Source: a virus
IMG/VR virus record: IMGVR_UViG_3300045988_154953
Length of the DNA stretch: 64,000 nt
Strand: one strand, 5' to 3'
Position numbers and translations under genes: made by a program. The notes beneath the pieces were generated by a model. The model ran no database searches. It saw only the letters and a program-made list of their open reading frames with translations, and was not told where the DNA came from. This document shows, piece by piece, positions 35,235-44,247 of this stretch (positions are counted from its first letter, which is position 1; the number at the start of each line of letters is the position of its first letter).

Positions 35235-35471
35235 GTGATGAACGTTTTATATTACATAATTTTTGTAGTGGTAATGATTTATTTTATTTTAAAATGTTTA
35301 TACGTTGTTGCAGCACACAATAAGCATTTACAGAAATTTTATTGTAAAATTGGTTGGCACTGTTATTATGATGATTATATTTTTCTGGATTATGACGGTA
35401 AAAATTATTATTGTAAATGTAAATGGTGTGGTAAGGAAGGTATCCTGGATGATCAGGGTAAATTATTTTAG
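35235..35471 (+). CDS. small membrane/zinc-ribbon protein
   Basis: N-terminal TM helix. CKCKWCG. Confidence 0.5.
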   Translation: MMNVLYYIIFVVVMIYFILKCLYVVAAHNKHLQKFYCKIGWHCYYDDYIFLDYDGKNYYCKCKWCGKEGILDDQGKLF

Positions 35472-35517
35472 ATAAAGCATGTGATACTAGAAAAGATATA
35501 CAAAAAATTTAATTTAA

Positions 35518-35556
35518 AAGGCGACTGTAAAGAGCTTTTGAACCAGTCGCCTTTTG
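35518..35556 (+). terminator. Rho-independent terminator
   Basis: AAGGCGACTG-N16-CAGTCGCCTT followed by TT. Confidence 0.6.
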
Positions 35557-35652
35557 GAGAATATGTTACATTGATAGTATAACATTTGAATAATATATTA
35601 TTCAATAGAATTTCAAAATTACAATATAAGAAATGGTAAAGAAAGGAATAAT

Positions 35653-36159
35653 ATGAAGGTTGCATTAACTGGTCATAGACCAGAAAGATTGGGGATGCCT
35701 GATAATGAATTAGATGATAAATGGAATAAAATAAGAGATTGGATTGTAAATAATCTTATACAAATGTTTCAGACAACACTGCTAGAAGATGATTCATTAG
35801 ATGTATATTGCGGAATGGCTACTGGAAGCGACATCTTATTTGGAATGAGTTCTGTTTTTCTAAAAATAGATATTGTTCCTCTGAAGTTACATTGTGTGCT
35901 TCCATGTAAAAATTACAATTCTTCACACAAATATTATAACGATATTAAGCTTCTTGCAGACGAATGGATAGAACTGTCAGAAGAGTTCTATAAAGGTTGT
36001 GATAATGTGAGAGATCAGTACATGGTTGATCACTGTGATGTATTATTGGCTATTTGGGATGGTAATAAATCTGGTGGTGTTTGGTCTACAATTCGAAAAG
36101 TACAAAAAGCTGGAAAACAAATTATATATTGTCCTAAAGAAATAGTAACGGGAGAATAG
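35653..36159 (+). CDS. SLOG/DUF1273-like protein (tentative)
   Basis: MKVALTGHRPERLG N-terminus resembles the YpsA/DUF1273 family. Confidence 0.45.
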   Translation: MKVALTGHRPERLGMPDNELDDKWNKIRDWIVNNLIQMFQTTLLEDDSLDVYCGMATGSDILFGMSSVFLKIDIVPLKLHCVLPCKNYNSSHKYYNDIKLLADEWIELSEEFYKGCDNVRDQYMVDHCDVLLAIWDGNKSGGVWSTIRKVQKAGKQIIYCPKEIVTGE

Positions 36160-36162
36160 TAG

Positions 36163-36501
36163 ATGAAGAAAGAATTAATAAAAGTATGGAAAGCAAAAGA
36201 ATTTGTTGGAGATTCTTATATTTTGGAAGATGAAGACATTGTTCTGAATTCTATTAAAGTATATAAAAATGTTGATTTTAACATTATTGGTCTGATGTGT
36301 TTTGATATATCTTTTGATAATAAGAGCATGGGCTATAAAATAATTGTCAAAGGAATACCGAGTGCATACACAATTATATATCAGGTTGTTATAGAAGGAT
36401 ACAAAATAAACATATCCGCAAATGATTTACCAAAATATAAGGATAAAAACGATAACATTACAATATGTTTTGACAATGAATTGAATGTTATAGAAAGATG
36501 A
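36163..36501 (+). CDS. hypothetical protein
   Basis: ORF. Confidence 0.55.
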   Translation: MKKELIKVWKAKEFVGDSYILEDEDIVLNSIKVYKNVDFNIIGLMCFDISFDNKSMGYKIIVKGIPSAYTIIYQVVIEGYKINISANDLPKYKDKNDNITICFDNELNVIER

Positions 36502-36505
36502 AATA

Positions 36506-36973
36506 ATGTTTATATTAAAAATTGTTCTTTTAACACTGATTATATACTCTACAATTTCAACATTGGTTTTTATTCTGTCGAAAGAGAATGAGAAAATTAT
36601 TACATTCTTTGGTTTAGGAGTTGTTGGAACAATATTATATTTTATTTGCAGAACTATCTGTAAAATACGAAACTATTTCAAATATCATTATAAAAAACGA
36701 TCTATATTCCAGGATAAGACTGGTGATAAATATATTTGTAGTGTAGACGAAGCATCTGACATAATGTGCCTTCAATCATATAAAATGATAAAAAGATACG
36801 CCCATCAATCAGAGTGGGAGGGATTGCCAGAAATACCGAAGGATGTAATATTACAGAGTAAACGAACTTGTAAATACTGTAAATATGATGATATGTGTGG
36901 AGAAGAATATGATTATATTTTATGTAATCGCTCAGAAAATGGAATAGAATATGATAAATTTGAAAAGAAATGA
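36506..36973 (+). CDS. membrane protein (2 TM) with a Cys-rich C-terminus
   Basis: ORF. Confidence 0.55.
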   Translation: MFILKIVLLTLIIYSTISTLVFILSKENEKIITFFGLGVVGTILYFICRTICKIRNYFKYHYKKRSIFQDKTGDKYICSVDEASDIMCLQSYKMIKRYAHQSEWEGLPEIPKDVILQSKRTCKYCKYDDMCGEEYDYILCNRSENGIEYDKFEKK

Positions 36974-36983
36974 GGTAGACTAT

Positions 36984-37313
36984 ATGCGACTTTTTTATTG
37001 TCCTAGATGCCAGCGAGAGCAGAAATTAACGTCCAATCCATATAAGAGGGAAGAAACGATAATAAATATCAGAGACGGCTATGGACGGCCAATACGGCAC
37101 TATAAATGCGAATGTGGCTACTATTTGGCGGGTAGCATGGACATAAGTGGGTACGATGAAAGTGATATTTCATACGCTAAAAATGTTATCTCTCTCTACA
37201 GTAATCTCAATTCTAACTCTGATTCTGGCTATGTTATTAGCAGCTTTTCTTTATCAAATACTAATCTATATGAACAGGCCAAAGCTGCCTATGAAAGAAG
37301 TCATCAAAAATAA
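36984..37313 (+). CDS. zinc-ribbon protein
   Basis: CPRC..CEC. ATG at 36984 after GAGGTAG. Confidence 0.5.
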   Translation: MRLFYCPRCQREQKLTSNPYKREETIINIRDGYGRPIRHYKCECGYYLAGSMDISGYDESDISYAKNVISLYSNLNSNSDSGYVISSFSLSNTNLYEQAKAAYERSHQK

Positions 37314-37327
37314 GGAGACAATTTGTT

Positions 37328-37618
37328 ATGGGTTTTACTAAACAACAACGTATAAATGAAGCAATAGAACTACTCACAACACATGGCTATATTGTGAGGC
37401 AAGACTTCTCTTCATTTATTGGCAAATGGGTATCTTTTTTGAAACCAGGAATGTTACCGGTATTACATGGGAGAGTTATAGATGAAATTGGAAAAGATGA
37501 TGCTATATTCAAAGTTAAATGCAAGAATAGTTGTTATCGATTCGTACATATGGATAATGTAATCGAGTTTCATGATAATAAACAAGATTGCTATGCCATT
37601 AAAAATAAATGGAATTAA
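37328..37618 (+). CDS. hypothetical protein
   Basis: ORF. N-terminus is similar to that of 38320..38493. Confidence 0.55.
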   Translation: MGFTKQQRINEAIELLTTHGYIVRQDFSSFIGKWVSFLKPGMLPVLHGRVIDEIGKDDAIFKVKCKNSCYRFVHMDNVIEFHDNKQDCYAIKNKWN

Positions 37619-37634
37619 GAGGATGTGATAAAAT

Positions 37635-37898
37635 ATGAGTTTTACTAAAAACTTTCCAGTTGATACTGGAACATTTGTAATTGTAGATTACGAAAATATT
37701 GATTTGAGAAATCCTAAAGAATTGCTTGGCAAAGTAGGTACAATAGCTGCTTATCAATGTGTAACAAAAAAAGAAGATATTTATATTGTAATGGTCTCTG
37801 GATATAAAGATTCATGGTGTGGCGAATATTTGCTTGATAAATGTTTGATAGCAACTGATGAACAAATTAAATTATATAAGAAAGAAATGGGAATATAA
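37635..37898 (+). CDS. hypothetical protein
   Basis: ORF. Confidence 0.55.
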   Translation: MSFTKNFPVDTGTFVIVDYENIDLRNPKELLGKVGTIAAYQCVTKKEDIYIVMVSGYKDSWCGEYLLDKCLIATDEQIKLYKKEMGI

Positions 37899-37900
37899 GT

Positions 37901-38137
37901 ATGGAAATAATTATTAAAGATGTGCCAGTATTTATTACAATAAGACAACGTTGTGATAAATGCAAAAAAGGTGATATGGAACGTACAAATCCGTATATTA
38001 CATTAACAACGTATCCAGCACAATATACACATAAATGTACTAATTGCGGCTGCGTTGAACATTATACAAAAAGTTATCCTTATTCTCAAGTTATTTCAGA
38101 AGCAGAATATAATAAAATAATGCATGATAAAGCTTGA
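37901..38137 (+). CDS. zinc-ribbon protein
   Basis: CDKC..CTNCG. Confidence 0.55.
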   Translation: MEIIIKDVPVFITIRQRCDKCKKGDMERTNPYITLTTYPAQYTHKCTNCGCVEHYTKSYPYSQVISEAEYNKIMHDKA

Positions 38138-38147
38138 AGGAGTAAAT

Positions 38148-38336
38148 ATGTGTGAGTTATGTAATGATGAATCAAGTAGTTGTGAAGTATTTTATAATGA
38201 CATATTAGGAGAATACTATTTAGATGTTGAGACAATGCAATGGGATGATTATGATGATGAATTCTTACATATAAAAATAAATATTTCGTATTGTCCATAT
38301 TGCGGAAGGAAATTAAACAATGAGAGAAAAGAATAA
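38148..38336 (+). CDS. zinc-ribbon protein
   Basis: CELC..CPYCG. ATG after AAGGAG. Confidence 0.55.
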   Translation: MCELCNDESSSCEVFYNDILGEYYLDVETMQWDDYDDEFLHIKINISYCPYCGRKLNNERKE

Positions 38337-38493
38337 AAATATTCTGGAGGCAATCGATCTATTAAAATCTAATGGATATTTTGTAATAAAGAAGCCGAAG
38401 AAAATATGTAAAACGGCTGAACGTTGCAGTGAGTTTGGTTGTGGTGAATGTTTAGATTGCAATTGTTTTGTATGTCTTTTAGGTAACGAGTAA
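38320..38493 (+). CDS. hypothetical Cys-rich protein (57 aa, below the track cutoff)
   Basis: MREKNKNILEAIDLLKSNGYFV.. resembles the N-terminus of 37328. The antisense track ORF 38313..38498 is rejected. Confidence 0.5.
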   Translation: MREKNKNILEAIDLLKSNGYFVIKKPKKICKTAERCSEFGCGECLDCNCFVCLLGNE

Positions 38494-38746
38494 AACATAT
38501 ATGAGGTAAAAAGAATCGAAAAGCTGCGATGCTGAAAAGATGAAGGTGAAGGCTAGATGTAAAGATCTAGTCAACTGATGAGCGTATGGATTGAAACTCT
38601 GATGAGAATATAATATCCAGGAACAACCCTCGACCTTAACATATAATGATGAAGGATAATGATGCTCTCATAGAATACAGAAAATGAATGTATTCTTAAT
38701 TAAAACTATAATGGAGGATTGGAATAGAGTTTTGGAAATTAGAAAA

Positions 38747-38776
38747 CCACACTCATATTTTAGAGTGTGGTTATTG
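38747..38776. terminator. bidirectional Rho-independent terminator
   Basis: CCACACTC-N8-GAGTGTGG, flanked by AGAAAA on the left and TTATTG on the right. Confidence 0.6.
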
Positions 38777-38816
38777 AGAAAAAAGGAAACTAAATATGAC
38801 AATATATAGAATAGAA

Positions 38817-38996
38817 TCATTTAGAATTGTGTTTATCTTTAGAAACCATGGTAGTTATGTATTTGACTTTCTCATCAGAAAGTTCAGGATGTTTACAGAT
38901 GTGGATTATTGTGAACATTTTCAATCCTAAATATCCTAAATAACAAATACTAACAGGTTCAAAGATTTTAATAATTTGTGTTAGTGTTTCTAACAA
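38817..38996 (-). CDS. small hydrophobic protein (59 aa); the only convincing minus-strand gene
   Basis: TTG start 5 nt after GAAGGGAGGG on the minus strand. One hydrophobic segment (PVSICYLGYLGLKMFTIIHIC). Followed by the terminator at 38747-38776. Confidence 0.5.
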   Translation of the reverse strand: MLETLTQIIKIFEPVSICYLGYLGLKMFTIIHICKHPELSDEKVKYITTMVSKDKHNSK

Positions 38997-39039
38997 CTCT
39001 ACCCTCCCTTCTTTATAGTATTTCATAAAAGTTGGGGAA

Positions 39040-39141
39040 TTGTACGCCCAGAATAGGGCAAAGATATTTAATTTCCAAAGCGTACCATACTACAAACTGG
39101 TACTTCGTATGATATACAATATCGGGCATTCTGGCGTGCAA
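39040..39141. repeat. long imperfect inverted repeat in a divergent intergenic region
   Basis: TTGTACGCCCAGAAT (39040-54) pairs with ATTCTGGCGTGCAA (39128-41), 14 bp with one bulge. Inner hairpin GTACCA-N10-TGGTAC. Confidence 0.5.
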
Positions 39142-39233
39142 CTTATAAAAGATACGATAGCTTCTATACGATCAGCTTGGTATTAGTATATCATACAGAA
39201 TAATCAAAGTGAAGAATTTAAAGGAGACGAACA

Positions 39234-39500
39234 ATGAAGAAATTTTTGCTTGGTACATTTTTAGTACTTTCGATTGGATTAACTGGTTGTCAAACGGCAG
39301 CTAAAAACTTTGGTGGCTCTATAACAATTGATCTTGATCCAAATCAGAAACTAGAAGAGATCACATGGAAAGATGATGATTTATGGTATCTTACAAGACC
39401 AATGACATCAGATGACAATGCAGAAACACATACATTTCAGCAGTCAAAAGATCTCGGTGTGTTTGAAGGAACTGTAACCATTGTAGAGCATAAGAAATAA
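39234..39500 (+). CDS. lipoprotein
   Basis: Signal peptide with lipobox LTGC. RBS AAAGGAG. Confidence 0.7.
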   Translation: MKKFLLGTFLVLSIGLTGCQTAAKNFGGSITIDLDPNQKLEEITWKDDDLWYLTRPMTSDDNAETHTFQQSKDLGVFEGTVTIVEHKK

Positions 39501-39539
39501 ACAAGAGAAGAAGGCTAATTTAAATATTAAAAATAAGAG

Positions 39540-40103
39540 GTGATTAAAATAGAGACAGAATGTTATATTAACTACGATACAGGAAGTACACATCAAGCAA
39601 ATTCTTATTGTTGTTCAAATGGAATTAAAATTATAAAAAACAACTATAATAAATCAAATTTAAGCGGAGTATTAGAATTACCGAAAAGAATTCGTACACT
39701 CTGTGAGAATTGTGATTCTGAGTTAGAGATTACAGAAAAAGACGCACATGTTGGATGGTTAGGATTGAAATATATTACTTGTCCATGTTGTGGCAAAGAA
39801 AGCTGCGTTGAAGAATTAGAAGAAACCAATATCACAAAAGATAATATTAAATTTCCTACACATTTTCGAAGAGTTGTAAAAACTAATCGTGGTACTGTCG
39901 ATATAAAAGAAGATGAGATAAATAAAAATATTCAAAAAGGGATAGAGTATCTTAGAAATAACAAAAATGAATTTTATTACTATACGCAATTTGGCGATTT
40001 ATTTCTAATTATATTCAGATATGAAGACGATGAAGAGTATACTATTATGATAACAAAAGATTACTATGAAGCTAACGCATCTTTTAAATATGAAGATTTT
40101 TAG
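39540..40103 (+). CDS. hypothetical Cys-rich protein
   Basis: ORF with GTG start after AAGAGG. Confidence 0.5.
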   Translation: MIKIETECYINYDTGSTHQANSYCCSNGIKIIKNNYNKSNLSGVLELPKRIRTLCENCDSELEITEKDAHVGWLGLKYITCPCCGKESCVEELEETNITKDNIKFPTHFRRVVKTNRGTVDIKEDEINKNIQKGIEYLRNNKNEFYYYTQFGDLFLIIFRYEDDEEYTIMITKDYYEANASFKYEDF

Positions 40104-40116
40104 AAAGTGTGATAAT

Positions 40117-40377
40117 ATGATTATGATTAATTTAGACTGTCTTGAAACAGCTAGTAAACTTGTATCAATGTGCGAAAAGTATAAAGATCAGATGGACATG
40201 GATGTGATATATGGTAGGTATGTTATTGATGCTTGTAGCATTCTTGCCGTAACCTCTCTTGTAGGAAATATTGTAAAAATTCAAGCAAATTGTAACGACA
40301 ATTCTTCACTTCAGTCTCTTAAAAATGATATTATTTCAATTGGCGGTTGGGTTCCAATACAATTCAAAAAAGAATGA
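40117..40377 (+). CDS. HPr-like domain protein (tentative)
   Basis: ..GRYVIDACSILAVTSLVGNIVKIQ.. resembles the core of HPr-family proteins. Confidence 0.4.
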   Translation: MIMINLDCLETASKLVSMCEKYKDQMDMDVIYGRYVIDACSILAVTSLVGNIVKIQANCNDNSSLQSLKNDIISIGGWVPIQFKKE

Positions 40378-40406
40378 AAATTTTACAGAAATTGTGCGAC
40401 AACTTG

Positions 40407-40435
40407 TTGACAAACTATTATGTAAATGTTATAAT
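40407..40435 (+). promoter_or_regulatory. SigA-type promoter
   Basis: TTGACA, 17 nt, TGtTATAAT. Confidence 0.65.
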
Positions 40436-40472
40436 AACTATAACAGCATAAAGCTGTTAAATAAAACAACGG

Positions 40473-40489
40473 AAACTAATCAATATAAT
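40473..40489 (+). promoter_or_regulatory. 17-nt motif copy M9 (AAACTAATCAATATAAT)
   Basis: Exact consensus, 30 nt before the ATG at 40519. Confidence 0.55.
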
Positions 40490-40518
40490 TTTACAACATT
40501 GAAAGAAAGGATGCTTTA

Positions 40519-40866
40519 ATGAAAAAAAATGAATTATTAACAGCCGATGTTGTTCTTAGCTCAAAGGGCAGCTATGGTATTGTACTTAAAAACACATCAA
40601 AAGGTGATTTGATCAAATGGTTTAGAAACAAGAAAGATGAAGTTATTCATAAATTTCGATCATTTGACATGTTAAATGATGACTTGTCTTTCAAATATGA
40701 TTCAGATAATAGAATCATCAAAGTATATAGAATTACAGATCCGCATGATATGACAACTCAGGCTGCTATTGATGATAAGTATTTGATCTGGGAAGAACAA
40801 ATTAAAGAAGTTACTATGGCTGAGCTTGAAGAAAAGTTTGGCTGCAAAGTAAAAATTGTAAAGTAG
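40519..40866 (+). CDS. hypothetical protein
   Basis: ORF with RBS AAGGA. Confidence 0.6.
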   Translation: MKKNELLTADVVLSSKGSYGIVLKNTSKGDLIKWFRNKKDEVIHKFRSFDMLNDDLSFKYDSDNRIIKVYRITDPHDMTTQAAIDDKYLIWEEQIKEVTMAELEEKFGCKVKIVK

Positions 40867-40879
40867 AAAGGAAGAGATA

Positions 40880-41239
40880 ATTATTAGCACAGAAGTTTTA
40901 GAAACATTATTATCATCAATTGATGAAGACCCTACAATTGTTTTACCGGTAGTTAGAGAGTATATTAATAAATACAAACCTTTAGTATATGGTTTATTAA
41001 AAGAAGTTGTTGAAGTTTGTAAAGACTATTCAAATTACACCGAATATCAAGAAACAGTAGCAAAAGTAAAAAGAAATACATACGAAGCCTATCTCAATGT
41101 TGGTTTTACAGAAGATCAAGCACTTGCATTGATGTTAAATGATAATCTTCAACTCATGAAAAATTTCAAAACCAATTCTACAAAAACATCTAATAATTCT
41201 ATTACATCTAAATCAAAAATCCCATTAAGAAATAATTAA
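40880..41239 (+). CDS. hypothetical protein with an apparent non-canonical (ATT/ATA) start
   Basis: 120-codon open frame from 40862 to TAA at 41237-39. No ATG/GTG/TTG in its first 85 or so codons. RBS AAAGGAAGAG at 40867-76. Missing from the track. Confidence 0.45.
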   Translation: MISTEVLETLLSSIDEDPTIVLPVVREYINKYKPLVYGLLKEVVEVCKDYSNYTEYQETVAKVKRNTYEAYLNVGFTEDQALALMLNDNLQLMKNFKTNSTKTSNNSITSKSKIPLRNN

Positions 41240-41370
41240 AAAATCTTTAAAAAATTCTCAAAAATTTTACTAGTTTAGGTGACGTATGAAAAATAAATAT
41301 ATTAGAAAGGGTAACAGAATAGTAAGTGTGCGTGACGCACCTTGGTTTGCCTTCGGAAAGGAGGTTGACC

Positions 41371-41595
41371 GTGAAAAATCCAGAACAACATAAAAAAATA
41401 TATCAAAATCATGAAATTAAATGCAATATGTGCGGTACATTTTATATTTCAGATGAAGAAATACATTTTGATGAACGTGGATATGGATACAGTACAAAAT
41501 ATTGCAATTGTCCAAAATGTGGAAAATTTATAATTTTAAAACATATTGAAGATTACGGATTTGATGTCAATTTTGACGAAAGATTTTACGAATAA
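41371..41595 (+). CDS. zinc-ribbon protein
   Basis: GTG at 41371 after AAAGGAGG. CNMCG..CPKCG. Confidence 0.55.
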   Translation: MKNPEQHKKIYQNHEIKCNMCGTFYISDEEIHFDERGYGYSTKYCNCPKCGKFIILKHIEDYGFDVNFDERFYE

Positions 41596-41721
41596 ATTTC
41601 ATGTCTAAAACTTATAGAATATCTGAAAATATCTCGTGTTAACTCCCGATTATTAAAAAATTACAAAATATAAAACATTTTAATAGAACTATATTATTCA
41701 AATTTAAAAGGAGAAATTTTA

Positions 41722-42672
41722 ATGAAAGAACTTAAAAATTTAGTATCAATCAAAGGAAAGTTAGTAAAAAATACAATTGAAGAATTTACTACAAAGAAGG
41801 GCGAAGATGCAATTGGCGGAAGTTTAACACTAAGAACAGCCGATGACAGTGAACATGAAGTTAATTTCTTTGCTTTTAAATATAAAAAAGATGAAAATAA
41901 AAATTTTACATCCGAAGAAAGTTATTTTTACAAAAAGTATATCGATGCTATGAATCTTAAAGATATTGAACATTGTGCAGATGGTGAAATGCCAGATATT
42001 ATTTCTATTGATGATGGTATGTTCATAGCAAATGATTTTAAAGGCAGCGATGGTAATGTTGTTTCAACTAACAAGATTTCAGCAAGATTTATTAACCGAG
42101 TTGAACCAAAGGATTACGAAAACACAATATTAGATGCAAAATTTGAAGTTGAGGGAATTATCGAATCAATTACAGATGAAGTGCGAAATGATATTTCTAC
42201 CGGAAATCTTATAATCCAGATGAATGCTATTAATCAGAGAGCAGATAAATTTGGGAAAGATGCAAATTATGAAGTTGATTCTCTTATTCCAATCAGAATG
42301 ACAGTTGATAAATCTATGGCAAATGATTTCAAGAGCGCTGGCTATTATGATGGTTGTTTCACAAAACTTACAGGTGTAATTGTCAACAATGTTGAAATTG
42401 AAAAAGTGACCGAAAAAGCAGCATTTGGCCCAGATATTGTCAAGACAGTGAAGAGAACAATTAGAAAAAATGATGTGAAGTCTGGTCTTGCCCCATCTAC
42501 AATTTTTGAACATGAACTTACACAAGATATCATTGATACATTACAGGCTAAGAGAAAAGCTAAATTAGCTGAAGTTAAAGCCGGTGAATCATCTAGTCAG
42601 ATTGCTGAAGGATTCCAGAAAAATACTAGTACACCAGCTCCCCAGACTACATATAATCCATTTGCACAGTAA
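41722..42672 (+). CDS. putative ssDNA-binding/replication protein (assigned by position)
   Basis: First gene of the replication block. OB-like repeat composition and a C-terminal tail ..YNPFAQ. Confidence 0.35.
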   Translation: MKELKNLVSIKGKLVKNTIEEFTTKKGEDAIGGSLTLRTADDSEHEVNFFAFKYKKDENKNFTSEESYFYKKYIDAMNLKDIEHCADGEMPDIISIDDGMFIANDFKGSDGNVVSTNKISARFINRVEPKDYENTILDAKFEVEGIIESITDEVRNDISTGNLIIQMNAINQRADKFGKDANYEVDSLIPIRMTVDKSMANDFKSAGYYDGCFTKLTGVIVNNVEIEKVTEKAAFGPDIVKTVKRTIRKNDVKSGLAPSTIFEHELTQDIIDTLQAKRKAKLAEVKAGESSSQIAEGFQKNTSTPAPQTTYNPFAQ

Positions 42673-42722
42673 AATAATATAGTTAAAAAAAACGAAAATT
42701 ATAAAAGGAGATAATATAAAAT

Positions 42723-43706
42723 ATGGTAGGAAATTTATTAGATTTACAACCAAATAAAGTGTCAGTGGACTTAACTCAATATTCTACAGTATGGATGGGT
42801 GATACTGGCGTTGGTAAAACAACAACACTTATGAAATTTTTAAAAGAACTTGTTCCAGATAAAGATCCATTTTTTTTAGAGTTTGAAGATAGATATCAGA
42901 ATATTCCTGGTATTATGGCTCAGAAAGTCAATAGCATGTCGGATTTCAAATCAATTATTGCACAGTTAAGAAATCCAGCATTAAAGCAAAAATTTTCATG
43001 TATTGTAATTGATACATTAGATAAATTTGAAGAAAGTTGTGAGAGATATGTACTTGAAAATAGAGATGCTGAAATCCTCAAAGATGTAGGTGCATTTGGC
43101 GAAGGATCTCTTCGTTTTAAAAGTGCTTTAAGAAATATTGGAATTATTCAGAGTCTTGGTTACACTGTTCATTTTATTGCTCAATCAACTCACAGTAAAG
43201 ATTTTGAGACAAAAAAAGAAAGTGATGCTCTCAAGCTCAATAAAAATACTTTTTCCTATTGTAGAGAAGCAGCATTTTTAGTTGGATATATGTATAAAGA
43301 AAAAGATGAACGATATATTACTTTCAAGAAATGTGAAAAATACCCAGATTTAAAAGATACGTTTGGACTTCCAGAAAAAATCAATGTTAAAGATTTAAAA
43401 AATGTTTGGACAAAATCTGTCGAAAGTTTAGGCGGAGAATTTATCACAAAAGAAAAGACTATTGATAAAACTATTCAAACAGAAGATTTTGATTCAATTA
43501 AAGCAAGAGGTGTCGAATTAGGCAGTCTGCTTGCTTCGAATGGTCATCTTCCTGAAGCAACAGCTGTTCTTCAGCGTAATCTTGGTTTGGATGATAATGG
43601 CAATGTTAAAATGTTCGATTCTCTTAGAGATACACAATTAGATCTTACAAAAGTCATTGTTATGGAACTTGAAGAATTGGTTCAGAAATACAAAATTAAA
43701 GCGTAA
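42723..43706 (+). CDS. RecA-fold AAA ATPase (Sak4/AAA_24-like)
   Basis: Walker A GDTGVGKTT. Walker B IVIDTLD. Confidence 0.65.
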   Translation: MVGNLLDLQPNKVSVDLTQYSTVWMGDTGVGKTTTLMKFLKELVPDKDPFFLEFEDRYQNIPGIMAQKVNSMSDFKSIIAQLRNPALKQKFSCIVIDTLDKFEESCERYVLENRDAEILKDVGAFGEGSLRFKSALRNIGIIQSLGYTVHFIAQSTHSKDFETKKESDALKLNKNTFSYCREAAFLVGYMYKEKDERYITFKKCEKYPDLKDTFGLPEKINVKDLKNVWTKSVESLGGEFITKEKTIDKTIQTEDFDSIKARGVELGSLLASNGHLPEATAVLQRNLGLDDNGNVKMFDSLRDTQLDLTKVIVMELEELVQKYKIKA

Positions 43707-43711
43707 CATAA

Positions 43712-43738
43712 CGGAGGGATTTTCCCTCCGGTTATTTA
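43712..43738 (+). terminator. Rho-independent terminator (possibly partial)
   Basis: CGGAGGG-ATTTT-CCCTCCG followed by GTTATTT. Confidence 0.5.
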
Positions 43739-43752
43739 CAAGGTGGGTATGC

Positions 43753-44247
43753 ATGGGTAGATTATCAACATGTAGAGGCTGTGGAAAGAAATTAAAAAAA
43801 GAAGAAAAATTTATGCATTCATCAAAACCATATTGTGAGGAATGCTTTAAAAAAGTTGAAAGAGAATCTACTGAATATAAGCGATTGATTGAATTTATAT
43901 GTAATAATTATGAACTAGATAAACCAACAGGGTTCATTCTGAAACAAATTAAAGAATTAAAAAATGACTGTGGATACAATTATGCAGCAATGGAGTATAC
44001 ACTTTGGTATTGCAAAGAAGTCTTAAATAAACCTTTAAAAGAAAAATATGGTGTATCACTTATTAAATATTATTACGAAGATGCTAAAAATTATTATGCA
44101 CAACAGGAAAAATTAAAGAAACAAATTGATAAATTGTCAGATGCAAAGATTAAAACTAAAATCGTAAAACATATTTCGATGAATTCTGATAATCGATCAT
44201 CTTTGATAAATTTAGATGAATTACTAAAAGGTGGTGACTCAAATTAA
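43753..44247 (+). CDS. zinc-ribbon protein of the replication module
   Basis: CRGCG..CEEC. ATG after AAGGTGGG. Confidence 0.5.
   Translation: MGRLSTCRGCGKKLKKEEKFMHSSKPYCEECFKKVERESTEYKRLIEFICNNYELDKPTGFILKQIKELKNDCGYNYAAMEYTLWYCKEVLNKPLKEKYGVSLIKYYYEDAKNYYAQQEKLKKQIDKLSDAKIKTKIVKHISMNSDNRSSLINLDELLKGGDSN

Noticed and set aside
38575-38606. Two CTGATGAG boxes and a GAAAC suggesting a hammerhead ribozyme.
   Set aside because: No stem II hairpin can be formed between either CUGAUGA box and a GAAA, and no stem I/III pairing with a cleavage triplet could be drawn.
40325-40519. Track ORF of 64 aa.
   Set aside because: It spans a strong TTGACA-17-TATAAT promoter and a 17-nt motif copy, so it is most likely non-coding.
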